From positions 248,001 to 312,000 of the forward strand of contig CM052818.1 of NCBI GenBank assembly GCA_028534125.1: a stretch of 64,000 bases of DNA, read 5' to 3'. The notes under the pieces were generated by a model. It was not told where the DNA came from. It ran no database searches and saw only the letters and a list, made by a program, of their open reading frames with translations. The DNA is from Lama glama (Eukaryota). Shown piece after piece: positions 26,204 to 37,670 of this stretch (position 1 is its first letter; every line of letters begins with the position of its first letter). Made by a program: the position numbers and the translations under genes.

Positions 26204-27217
26204 GTACAGGATGGCGCCCAGAGCCGCAGGACGGAGACTGGGGGCAGCTCTCACCCAACTCACAACAGGCCGGATGGGTGGGTGGTAAAAAGGGAGGCAT
26301 GGGGCTCCCCCCAATATCACATTAAATTCAGGGTTTTCACTCAAGGTCTCTGTTGCCTCTCTGGGTCTCAAAAATCCCCCTAGCAGTTTCCTTTTCCCCT
26401 GGTTGTGGGGCTCAGGGATCAGGGCCTCCTTGTGGGTTTGTGGGATTGGTCAGAATGGAACTGTCTGCAGTCACCTCCGCATGCCAGGAGATGAGCAATA
26501 TGGAAGGTGTAACTGAACTGAAGACCCAGCAGCAACTGGATCCTAGCTAGGGTGTTCAGCCAAGGTATGTGAAGAAACAGCGGCAAAACTACAAGTCCCA
26601 GGATGCCTTTCGGTAATGAGTACAGTGCACAGGGTTCACACATGATGGGTGTGGTGGCTGGAGCCTGTGAAGCAGAGCAAATGGCCCCACCCCCAAACCA
26701 GTCTATAGAGTTTGTGTTTGAGCCAAGCCCTAGGGTGGAACCGGAATTTACCTTTGTACTTGACACTGGTCAGGGTTAGTGGTGACTGGCTGGGTGGGTC
26801 TGGAACTGGCTGCCATCCTGACAACATCTCAGAGCTGCAAGCAGGTTTGAATCCAGGATTCTTGTGGCCCTTCCCCTGGATTCCTAACCCCCGCTCCTCC
26901 TCTTACTCTTTATTCTTTTCCCCTGGAAACCTTCCCACAGGTTACCAGGTCTCATACAAATTCTGCTGCCCCTGAGGGCCCCTGTGTCAGTCACAGGATT
27001 TTTACTACCTGACTACAGGGTAATAGTCCGCTTTTGATAGTCCCTTACTTGGAGACTCAACTACTGTTTCCCGGCAGGCAAGAAATACTGGGAAGAAGGG
27101 ACCCCAGGGCATTATCACCTGAGGGTACAGGTTAGGGATTGGGAAGATGGTGTCAGTCACCAAATACGAAGCCTTGATGGCGGCCCTGCCTTCTATAGGT
27201 CCTGCCAGACAGCCACC

Positions 27218-30200
27218 ATGGCCTCTCAGCTTCTCGGGCTGGAAGAAGAGTCTGGCCCAAACCCTGGGGAGTCTGAACTGGCTGTGAACCCCTTTGACGG
27301 GCTCCCCTTCTCTTCCCGCTACTACGAGCTGCTTGAGCAGCGCAGAGCCTTGCCTATCTGGGCTGCCCGCTTTATCTTCTTGGAGCAGTTGGAGAGTAGC
27401 CCCAGCGGAGTGGTGCTGGTGTCTGGAGAGCCTGGCTCTGGCAAGAGCACCCAGGTGGGGAGAGATTCTGGGAGTGAACAAAGGGAGGGGCTGGGGAACT
27501 GGCTTTTCCCTGGACGAGTTGGGGGGAGTGGGAGGGGCGCTATGTGAAGTAATAGAAAATGTGGGCAAAGGGAGATTGGTTAGGCTGGCCCCAGGGTGGC
27601 TGGTGAAGGACCGGGAGACTCCCCAAATAGAGATTAAATTGGCTGCAGCTTCCCCTATGTCTCGCTGACTGGTTTTCCTTCCTTACCCCTACCCCAGATC
27701 CCACAGTGGTGTGCAGAGTTTGCACTGGCCAGGGGGTTCCAGAAGGGCTGGGTAACTGTGACTCAGCCCTACCCTCTGGCAGCCCTGAGCTTGGCCCTGA
27801 GAGTTGCTGATGAGATGGACTTGACCCTGGGTCATGAGGTTGGATACAGCATCCCCCAGGAGGACTGCACTGGGCCTGACACGCTGCTCAGGTGTGGTCT
27901 CCTGCAGGCCTGACCCAAATCTAACTCCCCTCACTGGGTAGAAATAAGCCCAGTCTTCTGACATCTCACCATACCCTCCCTCAGCCCAGCTCACTCTTTA
28001 AATTAGGAATAATGAAACTGCTGAATTAAGCCCTTTAACCCCAACTGGGGACATTCAGACATTCAGCCTCCCCACCCCCATCACAAAAAGTCTCACTCTC
28101 CTAACTGCAGTACAGCTTGTGAACAGTGTCATCAGTGGGGTTGTGGGTCCATGGGCTCAGAAGTCAGTCACAGGGTCTTTTACTGAACTTCACTATTAAA
28201 ATCTAAGCCCTGGGGAGAATTCTGGACTTCTGGGGCTGGGCAGTGTCCACATGGACTCCTCTGCCCACTGCCAATGTCAACAGGTTCTGCTGGGACAGGC
28301 TGCTCCTGCAGGAGTTGGCCTCCACCCGGGGCACCGGAGGCTGGGGCGTGCTGGTGCTGGATGAGGCTCAGGAGCGGTCAGTGGCCTCAGATCTGCTCCA
28401 GGGGCTTCTGCGAGATGCCAGGCTTGGAAACCTTCCAGGGGACCCCAGACTGGTTGTAGTTACTGACCCAGCCCTTGAACCTAAGCTCCAAGCTTTCTGG
28501 GGCAACCCTCCCATTGTGCACGTGCCCAGAGAGCCTGGCAGGTGTCCCACTCCCGTCTACAGGGACACTGTCCCTACTGACCGAGTGGAAGCTGCCTGCC
28601 AAGCTGTGCTTGAATTGTGTCGGAAGGAGGCTCCGGGAGATGTGCTAGTGTACCTGCCCAGTGAGGAGGTAAAAAAATGGGATGCAAAAGGAGGTGTTCC
28701 GGGAGGAATGGGAGCGATGCTTGGTAGGGACATTGGAGTTGTGGTATTTACTCTCCTTAGGGGTCCTGAGGAAAAACTCCGGGTTTTCATGGTAAAGAGG
28801 TCTACCAATCTCTTTTTGATTCCATACAATATAGAGGTTTGTGGTTCAACGAACTCCTGAAATTATAGCACCCCGACTTTATGAGTATGTGCATTTTTTC
28901 AGAGTGAAGGGCCATAGCTTTCGTCAGGTTTTCAAAGGGGTCTGTGACCCCAAAAGGTGAGAACTGCCCTAATGCCCCACCCGTCTCCCCAGGAAATTTC
29001 CCTGTGCTGTGAGTCATTGTCCAGGGAGGTGGGGCCCTTGGTTCCCCAAGGGCCCCCACTACGGGTGCTGCCCCTTCACCCAGGCCGTGGACAAGCTGTG
29101 CAGGCAGTGTACCAGGACACAGACTTGGGTGCCCGGAAGGTGATAGTCACTCACTGGCTGGCTGACTTCTCCTTCTCCCTCCCTTCCATCCGACATGTCA
29201 TTGACTCAGGACTGGAGCTTCGAAGTGTGAGTGAAAGAGAAATGAGGGCATATGGGGGCTAAAGACAGAAATAGCCCACTCTCGGTGGGGAGGGTATAGT
29301 TCAAATGGTAGAGTGCATGCTTAACATGCACAAGGTCCTAGGTTCAATCCCCAGTAAATCGATCCATTTTAAAAAAATAATAAATAAATCTAATCACCCC
29401 ACCACTACCCCTCCGAAAAAAGAAATAGCCCACTCTCATCAGTCTTGGCCTTGGCTGGGGGGCGGTGGCAGGTTTACAATCCTCAGATCCGAGCAGAATC
29501 TCAAGTGTTGAGACCAATCAGCAAGTGTCAGGCAGAGGCAAGACGACTGCGGGCAGGAGGGGTCCCACCAGGTAAGAGCCTTTGCCCTCAGTGAGATCCA
29601 ACATGAAAAGAGTCTCCAGCACGTGAGCCCTGAGGAATCTACAGTGGTCTTCTTCCCCAGGTCTTTCTCCCCTCAGGATCCTGTCTCTGCCTGTATCCTA
29701 AGTCCTTCCTAGAACTAGAGGCTCCCCCACTGCCCCAACCCAGGGTGTGTGAGGAGAATCTGAGCCCCCTGGTCTTACTACTCAAGAGGAGACAGATTGC
29801 AGAGCCAGGGGAGTGTCACTTCCTGGACCGGCCTGGTGAGCACCCCTCCTGCCCAAGTCCTGCTGTCCGACCACCAGGCTCTGAGAACCCCTGCCCTGTA
29901 AGCCTTGTGCCATCCCCAGCTCCAGAGGCGCTGATGCAGGCCTTGGAGGACTTAGACTATCTGGCAGCGCTGGATGATGATGGGGACCTGTCAGACCTGG
30001 GAGTCATCCTGTCAGAGTTCCCTCTGGCCCCTGAGCTTGCCAAAGCCCTGCTGGCCTCGTGCGAATTCGACTGTGTGGACGAGATGCTCACCCTGGCTGC
30101 CATGCTCACTGGTAAAATCATCTTCTCTCTCTGACTCTTACGGCCACTTCAGCCCTTCCGTTTGGCGTTCTGGTGCCCCTGAAGCTTGCCCATTCCCCCA

Positions 30201-32773
30201 TGCTCCAGTTCCCAGCTGTACCCTGTGTAAAGAACGAGGCTTCATCATTTAGCCCTCTCCTGTCTCTCTGTTGGGTCTTGTCCCTTAACATGCTTAAATA
30301 TCTTCTACTTGTTATTTCTAAAACTTTACAGCCCTCTTCCTCAACCCTATACTCAGCTGTACAGAATACTCTCTATCCTGTTCAATCCAGGGTATTTCTG
30401 GCCCACTGCATTCCAGCATCAGGCCCACCACAACCCTGATGCAGCCTTCTGCTCACCAGTGACCTCCTAGAGACCTAATCCAGTGAATGCTTGTGAGCCC
30501 TTATTCGTGACTTTCTTTTGACACTTGAGAATGCCCACCGCTCTCACCTTGAAACTGCCCCCTCGTTTAGCTTCTGTGACCCACCCCTCGTGGTTTACAT
30601 CCTACCTCTCTGACCATTCCTTCATCTCTTGCTTGAGCTGCTCTTCCTCTGCTTCGTCCTCTGCTCCTCCACTGTAAGTTGGACTTCAGGATTTTATCGT
30701 TGCCCCTTTCATCTTCTCACTCCCCGAATTCTAAGCAAGTTCGTTCACACCCACGGTCTGAACTGGCACACCACCATCCTCCTGAATCTTAGACTTACCC
30801 ACCTGACTCCTGAGGGGTGTTTCCTCGGAATGGTCCACAGGACTTCAACGCTCCCCATCACGGCTCAGGTGGATTCCCTTTGTGGCCTAACTAGTCATGT
30901 GAACTTTTTCCAGACACGTGGACTCTCTTACTTAAAAAACTCTTCTTTACCAGCTATTCTTTACCTTTCAAGCAGAATGTAAATTCATTTGTACATCACA
31001 TCTGGTCTCTCTTAACCTGGCCCATACCTACCTCTCCGGCTTTACCTCCTGCCACCCTACCACACCCGCTGTTCCCCCCACTCATAATCCTAGGTGCTTG
31101 CAGTTCTCAAAATATGCCATCCCCATAGTCTAGAATACTCCTCCCGCCCCTTCTCCACTGCACTGATTCCTACTCAAAGTTCAAATATTGGCCCCCACAC
31201 CTACTGAGTTTATTAAGTTTGCTTATCTGGTGGTCTCTCCCACCAGACTCTGTGCTTCTTGAGAGCAGAGACTTTTACACTGATTCATCTTCAATGCCTA
31301 ATAAAGGGCATAGTGTCTAGAAGTCATTTGAATAAAGTTCCCAAAGTGACAGTCCTACCTTTTCGGTATACCGCTATCCTTTCTCATTCTCCAAAACAAA
31401 CTTCCTCTCTTCTGCCTCCAGCTGCCCCTGGGTTTACTCGTCCTCCCGTCTGCGCAGAAGAAGCTGCCCTGCGTCGGGCCCTAGAACACGTGGATGGTGA
31501 TCACAGCTCTCTGATACAGGTGTATGAAGCCTTTATACAGAGTGAGTGGCCCACTCGGCATCCTCTTACAGAATCCCAGATTTGCCAGAGGGATGCGGTG
31601 TGCAACCAGCTGACAGATCTCTGTTCTGAAGAAGAGGAGGGGTTGGGTTCTCTTGGGGGATTCAAGGACTTTAGGTGCAGATGGTCCCTTTCCTCTCCTA
31701 GGTGGAGCAGACAAGGCGTGGTGCCAGGCTCGGGGTCTAAATTGGGCAGCACTGTGCCAAGCCCGTAAACTTCGGGGAGAACTCCTAGAACTCATGCAAC
31801 GGATTGAACTTCCCTTATCCCAGCCAGCCTTTGGCTCTGAGCAGAATCGCAGAGACCTCCAGAAAGCACTGGTGTCGGGGTACTTCCTTAAGGTTAGGGG
31901 AAGGAGCTGGGGTGAGGGTCATACAAGGAGCAGAAGGTAGAGGGAGCAAAGATTGGTATGTGTCACGTCTGAAATTGGGGTCCAGGTGACCATTCAAAGG
32001 ATTCTTTAGAACCAGGAGAAACTTCTCCTTTGAGGAATGTGTGGCTGTGGAAATGCCATACTGTATGGTCGTAAGGTAGGGCTATGACAGTCTGCTAATT
32101 CTCATCACCCTTGCTAATTCTTTCTCAACCTCCTTTTCTTTCTTCTACTGACCCTTCACTCTCACTTATTCCTTCAATATCTTTGCCTTTCAATGAGGTG
32201 GCCCGAGACACAGATGGGACTGGAAATTACCTGCTCCTGACCCATAAGCATGTGGCCCAGCTCTCCCCAAACTGCTGCTACCGAAGCCGCAGGGCTCCCG
32301 CCAGACCGCCACCGTGGGTGCTTTACTATAATTTCTCCATTTCCAAAGACAACTGCCTCTCCATTGTTTCTGAGATTCAACCACAAATGTGAGTTCCCTG
32401 ACACCACACCCCAAACAACACTGCCCATTCCTCTTCCTGGGGTCAAAATTACAGCTGGGGAGTTAGAGAGCCTTACAAAGAGAAAGGGATCTTACTGTTT
32501 GTAGTAACATATGATTTGAGGAGACAGGGTTTGTAGAAGGGGCAGTGAGAAATTTAACAACCTGCATTATAAGAGAAGATACAGAAAAATCATCTAATTA
32601 TGACTCTCTCTGTCAGACTGGTGGAATTGGCCCCTCCATACTTCCTGAGTAACTTGCCCCCTAGTGAGAGCAGAGACCTCCTGAACCAGCTGAGGGAAGA
32701 AATGGCAGATTCTTCAACAGGACATGAATCTCCCTCCACCCAAGAACTTGGAGATGCCTGTGTCCTGCAGTGA
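27218..32773 (+). CDS. DQX1: DEAQ-box RNA-dependent ATPase 1, 719 aa
   Basis: Exons 27218-27454, 27698-27891, 28284-28668, 28993-29226, 29472-29571, 29677-29835, 29920-30111, 31422-31541, 31702-31892, 32198-32388, 32617-32773 (2160 nt). Walker [14 protein letters not shown] motif, HA2 region, C-terminus CVLQ. Confidence 0.96.
28860..28972. mobile_element. hAT DNA-transposon fragment (MER5-like)
   Basis: CATAGCTTTCGTCAGGTTTTCAAAGGGGTCTGTGACCCCAAAAGGTGAGAACTGCC resembles a MER5-family end. Confidence 0.5.
29284..29420 (+). mobile_element. tRNA-Ala-derived SINE (Vic-1-like) in a DQX1 intron
   Basis: A and B boxes; perfect 17-bp TSD AGAAATAGCCCACTCTC at 29267-29283 and 29421-29437. Confidence 0.92.
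30200..31340. mobile_element. L2-like LINE fragments in a DQX1 intron
   Basis: Pyrimidine-rich decayed sequence ending in an L2-tail-like CTTGAGAGCAGAGAC...GCATAGTGTCTAG; boundaries approximate. Confidence 0.55.
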
Positions 32774-34734
32774 CCTGTCTACGGAGTGAAGCTGAGCTCA
32801 TCTCATCACACTAGATCCTCCCTCAGGCTAGCACCTAGGCAGCCAGTCAGATTTAAAAGCCCAGAGTTAAGGGTCAAATGTAAATACTGGAACCTGAGTC
32901 CCAAGAAATGGTAGGCCAGGAGTAGAGAGAATTGGGTAAGCCACAGTCTGTACAGGGTAGGACCACTTCCTTAGCCTTCTATTTATTTGAGAGGAACTGA
33001 TATGCCTCCATATCCCCAACTTATGCCAAACCCATCCTATGCTCCCTTTTGGTCTATAAAAGTTCTTTTTCTATGGTGCCCAACTTGAGTTTGGTTTTGC
33101 AGCAGCATTTATAATATCTATGAGTTAGAGATGACACAGTACAAAAGACTTAGGGTCAACTGCAACAGTGATGTCCTCTTGCCTGGTTCCCATCCCTGGT
33201 TAAGCCTTTGTGCTATGACTGACCTAGCTGTCATTAACATGGAACATGAGTAGTTTGACTACAGTTGGCCTCTGACCCTGCCTAAAGCTCACTCCCCTCT
33301 ATCATACTGCTCTTGCCTACAGGGGAGGCAGACAAAATCTTCCCTCTTGTCTTCATACAACTTCAGTCCTCTCCTTCCTAAACCTCAGGGCTATGGCAAC
33401 TATACCCAGCCTCTCAACTTTCCATCAACAGGCTTCCCGGCAGCGCCTGGCCCACCGAACCAGCTCAAGTTTTTCTAACAACTCCAGGGACATCATGCTT
33501 TTCTCTTTCCAGCTGGGTTATTCCTTTCCCTTTTCTTCCCTCGGACTAGTGACTTTGATATCCTCAATCATCTTGCATGTTGTAAATGTGTTTATAAAAA
33601 TTGGTGGAAAGAAACATTTAATCCTTAGAACTCTGCTTTTCTTCTCAGAATTTCCTCCCTTAGACATTCTGTCTGTTCTCATCATTCCATCTAACTATGC
33701 CTCTATGTGGATGTCGGCATTTTTCCAGAATTTACTCTCTAGGTCTAACATTTAGTTTTGCCTGCAGAGTTCATCTTGATCCTATCTTCCCAATTTCCCC
33801 TTCATCATACACAACATCGTTGATTTCTTGATCCTTTACATTTCCAACCTTGTAATTATCTTTGATTATTTTTAGGCCTGTCACTTCCTAATTACTTGCC
33901 GAATTCGGCTCACCCTAACACCACTGGGCCCATTAACTTTGTCCATTGCTTTCCGCCCCGCCTTCCCTCTCTGTCTCCGAGGGACACCAGAGCCAGATTA
34001 GTGTTCCTAGATTTTCTCTTCATTGGGTGTCTAAGTATCCGTCTCGCCTGCCACCCAGGCGCACTGTTAGGCCCAAGTGGGAGGACATAGTCAGCAGGTT
34101 AAACACACATGGACAACATGAGGCTCAAAGTCCAGAAGGAATCCTTAGCGATTATTTAACAGTTGATGGATGGATGCCCAGCGTGGATAACTCTCTGGTT
34201 CCTGTCAGTCAGTCAGACTGTCGGTCTCCAGCACCTCCTCCATTACTCTGCTGTTGTTGGCGTCTTCCTTCCTTCCTTTACTATCTGGTACAGTCCCAGC
34301 CCGCGGGGGCTGCAGCCGCCCCATCCCAGCGGTGCGTGTAACCTGCTCCAGCCCTCCGAACTCCAGCTCCGACCCACCCACAGAAGGAGCCGGAGTCCCT
34401 CGAGAGAGAGCAGCCATTGGCCAGCCTACCCCACCTCCCCGCACCTCATTGGCTGCCGTACTTCAGGTCCCGCCCCCTCAGCGGGTTCCAGCAGCCGGGC
34501 CAACAGTGGAAGTGAAAAATGGCGGGAAAGGCCGCGTTTCTGCGCTCCAGGTAACGGCTCAATGCTGGCCTGGGAGCCCGCGGTGGCTGAGGAGCCCTCG
34601 ACGGTAGCCTCAAGGCCAGCTCCTCCTCACACGCTCCACTGCCGCGGGACCGCCACGTGGGCGGCCGTGCGCTCCAAGGCCCTGGGCCCGGCGCTCCACG
34701 CCGCGCCTCGGTCCGGAAAAGAGCGCTCGGCCGG

Positions 34735-36160
34735 TCANNNNNNNNNNNNNNNNNNNNNNNNNNNNNNNNNNNNNNNNNNNNNNNNNNNNNNNNNNNNNNN
34801 NNNNNNNNNNNNNNNNNNNNNNNNNNNNNNNNNNNNNNNNNNNNNNNNNNNNNNNNNNNNNNNNNNNNNGCGGCGGCCGCAGCGGTCGCGGTAGCGCGTC
34901 CTGCTGCAGGTGCAGAAGCAGCCGGCCCGCGCGGTGCCGCTCCGCCTCGCGCTCCTCGGCCGTCTGGCGCCTGGGCGGGCGGAGACGCGGGGTCAGCGAG
35001 GCCGGCCCTCGCCCGCCCCGCGCCGCGCCTCACCGCCACTTGGCCCGGCCCGGTCCCTCGCCCACCCCGCGCCTCACCGCCACTTGGTGCGCCGGTTCTG
35101 GAACCACGTCTTGACCTGCGCGTCAGTCATGCGCAGGGCCTTGGCCAGCGCCGCCCTCTCGGCCGAGGCCAGGTACTTCTGGCGCAGGAAGCGCCGCTCC
35201 AGCTCCAGCACCTGCGAGCGGGAGAAAGACGTGCGCGGCTTCTTCCGCTTCGGGGGCGTCCGGTTTTGGTAGGGGTGACCTATACGGCGCGTCCCGGAGA
35301 AGGGCGAGAGCGCGGCTACAGGGAGGAAGAAAGCAAGACAGGGTTTTCGGGGCGGCCCGAGGTGTCACTGAGACGAGAGCATGGCTGCGCAGGCCGCAGA
35401 GCTCCCGCACCGCGTCCCTACCCCTGCCCCAAGCTCGGCCCCCCGAATCAGTAGAGGCTTCCAGATGAGAAAGGGCCTCGGAAACGCCCCCCACCTTGGG
35501 TGAGGGAGAGACGTCCCGGTAACTTCACCCTGCCCTCCCGGCGGTGTGGACAGCGGACTGCAGAGGAGGGCGCGGGTGTCGACGGCAGCTACCTCCCCAG
35601 CGCCTCTCAGCAGTGGGACCAAGAGATACAAGTTGAGGGAAGATCCCCTGGGATGAGGAGCGGAGGGTATGAAAGGGGACCTTGAGTTGGAGCAGAAGGA
35701 TCAAAGATGAGGAAACCGGGTCAGTGTGGGCAGGATGCTGGAGGGATTGGGCAACCTTACCCGTGAGCCGGTCCTTGGCATAGCGGCGGCCGCTGTCCAT
35801 CCAAGGAAAGGTGAGTCCCGCTAGGCCCCCGGCGCCGCCCAAGCCTGAGGGCCCAGGAACCGCAGGCGCGCCTCCCGCGGGCGGCTGCACTGGCAGCGGG
35901 CGGTGCGCTGGGACGCGGATCACGCCTCCCGGGCCCACACCAGAGCTGCCTGGTAGCGGGGTCAGCGAGCCCGCGGGGCCGTAGCTCGAGGCTCCGTGAA
36001 ATCCACCCGAGAACGCCGCACTCTCCCCATGGCCCTGGCCGGCGCGACCCAGGCCTAGGCCGCTCCCGGGGGGTTCCGGGCAGCTCAGGATCTGATCGAT
36101 GCCGAAGCTGATTGGCTCGTGGTGAGGGAGGTTGTGCGATGCCAGCACCGCCGGCTCCAT
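34735..36160 (-). CDS. TLX2: T-cell leukemia homeobox 2 (HOX11L1/NCX)
   Basis: Exons 36160-35761, 35315-35078, 34970-(gap)-34735 (TGA). eh1 FGIDQIL, PBX-interaction FPWM, homeodomain [57 protein letters not shown]. Confidence 0.96.
34738..34869. other. Assembly gap in the TLX2 last exon
   Basis: Run of N between GC-rich flanks. Confidence 0.95.
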
Positions 36161-36510
36161 GGGTCCGGGTCAAGGAGGACTGCAAGAGGTTTGGCGGTTG
36201 GGGACTGCGCCCAAACAGCTCTGGTGCCCAGCAGCGGAGCTCTCCGGGCGGTGGCCTCAGGGGCCCGCGGGGCTGGCCGCGGAGAGGCGCCGGGGCCCCC
36301 AGGACATCTTCATCCCTGTGTGCTGGGAGTTACCGCGCCCGTGCCGGCCTCTGCCGGGCGTCGGCTGAGGAACTCGCATCCCGGGGGAGCGCGACTGACC
36401 GGGGCCCCAGGAGCGCCCTTCCTAGCTTTGAAGTGAAGGTGGACGCTGGGCTGCTGGGGCCTCTGCCCGAGTCCGAGGTGGAGAGGGTTAGCCGGCTCCG
36501 GCTGGGGCTG

Positions 36511-36520
36511 TGACTGACAG
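36511..36520 (+). promoter_or_regulatory. PBX-MEIS/PREP decamer in the TLX2 promoter
   Basis: Exact TGACTGACAG ~350 bp upstream of the TLX2 ATG, next to GC boxes. Confidence 0.6.
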
Positions 36521-37539
36521 ATCAGCCTTGGGTGGGCAGTCGGGGCTGGGGGTAGGGCAGGGGCGGGGCCGGTCCCGTTAAAGGGGAAGAGACTCCTGTT
36601 TGCGCCCAGCGCGGGGAAGACTGGCCCGCGGGAACGGTGGGAGTGTTGTGGGGGGGAGGTGGCGATGGTGTTTTGAACCAGGCTATGCACGGGAGGGGCC
36701 CGAGCTTGGGCCATTGAGCGCTGAGTCAGCCGAGATGCGCAAGGCAACTCCATCCTCGCTGGCTTCTGTCTTTGGGCTTCCTCGGCCTCACCGACTTCAG
36801 CAGGTGCCTCGTCCCACTGCCCCCACTCTTCGCCTCCCGATGGGTCCTGCCTGACGACTCTCAGATTCGTTGTGGCCCCCGCCTAAACGCTCTTGGAGAC
36901 TAAATCTCGTTGTGACTTTCTGGCTGCGATGGAAAGTGGCTAGGGAACGGCACCGGCGAGTTGGAGGCCCGGAAAGAGGACAAGTGTGGGAAGGCGGTGG
37001 CAGAGCGTCTGGTGGGCTAGGGCGGGGAACAACTGCTCTGAGCCAGTGATCCTGGTGCACATCCCGGCCTCTCCCGTAGGGCCCCTAGCTCCTTACGGGA
37101 GCGTCAGTAATGGGTGCCCAGTGTTTCTTAGAATTTTGATTTTCTGAAATCGGTGTAAAAAGGACCAGTGGCTGAACCGGGTCAACTCATGTCGGTGAGG
37201 ACTTGGGGCTGGCGTTCAGCCCCCGAATGGGGACGACCAACGCAAGACTCTGCCCCTGTGCCTAGGAAGTCTATTTTCACACACTCTGGCCCCTCCAAAG
37301 ACGGGAGGACGAAATCGCCACAGGCGACATGTGGGACCTCACCGAAGTCTTCAGAGGATCCCAACCGCCTCATTTAGCATAGATGCTTCACCCCACCCAA
37401 GCCCAGGAAACCGTGCCTGGAGCGTGTCAGAGAAGGGAGGTAGGGAAAGACGAAGCCGCTCGGTGACCTTGTGACCTCTGGCTGCGGACCCAGGAGCTGA
37501 GAGTGTGTGAACTCTGCATCCTTCCCCGGAATGGGACCC

Positions 37540-37670
37540 CGGGCCGGCCGGGCCCCTGCGCCTTAGACCCGCCCCTGCCGCCACCCGGCCCGGTGCAGGC
37601 CGCCATAATCGGGTTAGCTGGGTCGGAATTACATTACCTTCCCCGGCCCGCCCCGGCCCTGGGATGGGGG
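37540..37670. promoter_or_regulatory. Candidate TLX2 neural-crest enhancer with paired homeodomain sites
   Basis: TAATCGGGTTAGCTGGGTCGGAATTACATTA (from 37606) is an AT-core cluster inside a GC-rich block ~1.45 kb upstream of the ATG. TLX2 is a known PHOX2 target. Confidence 0.5.
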
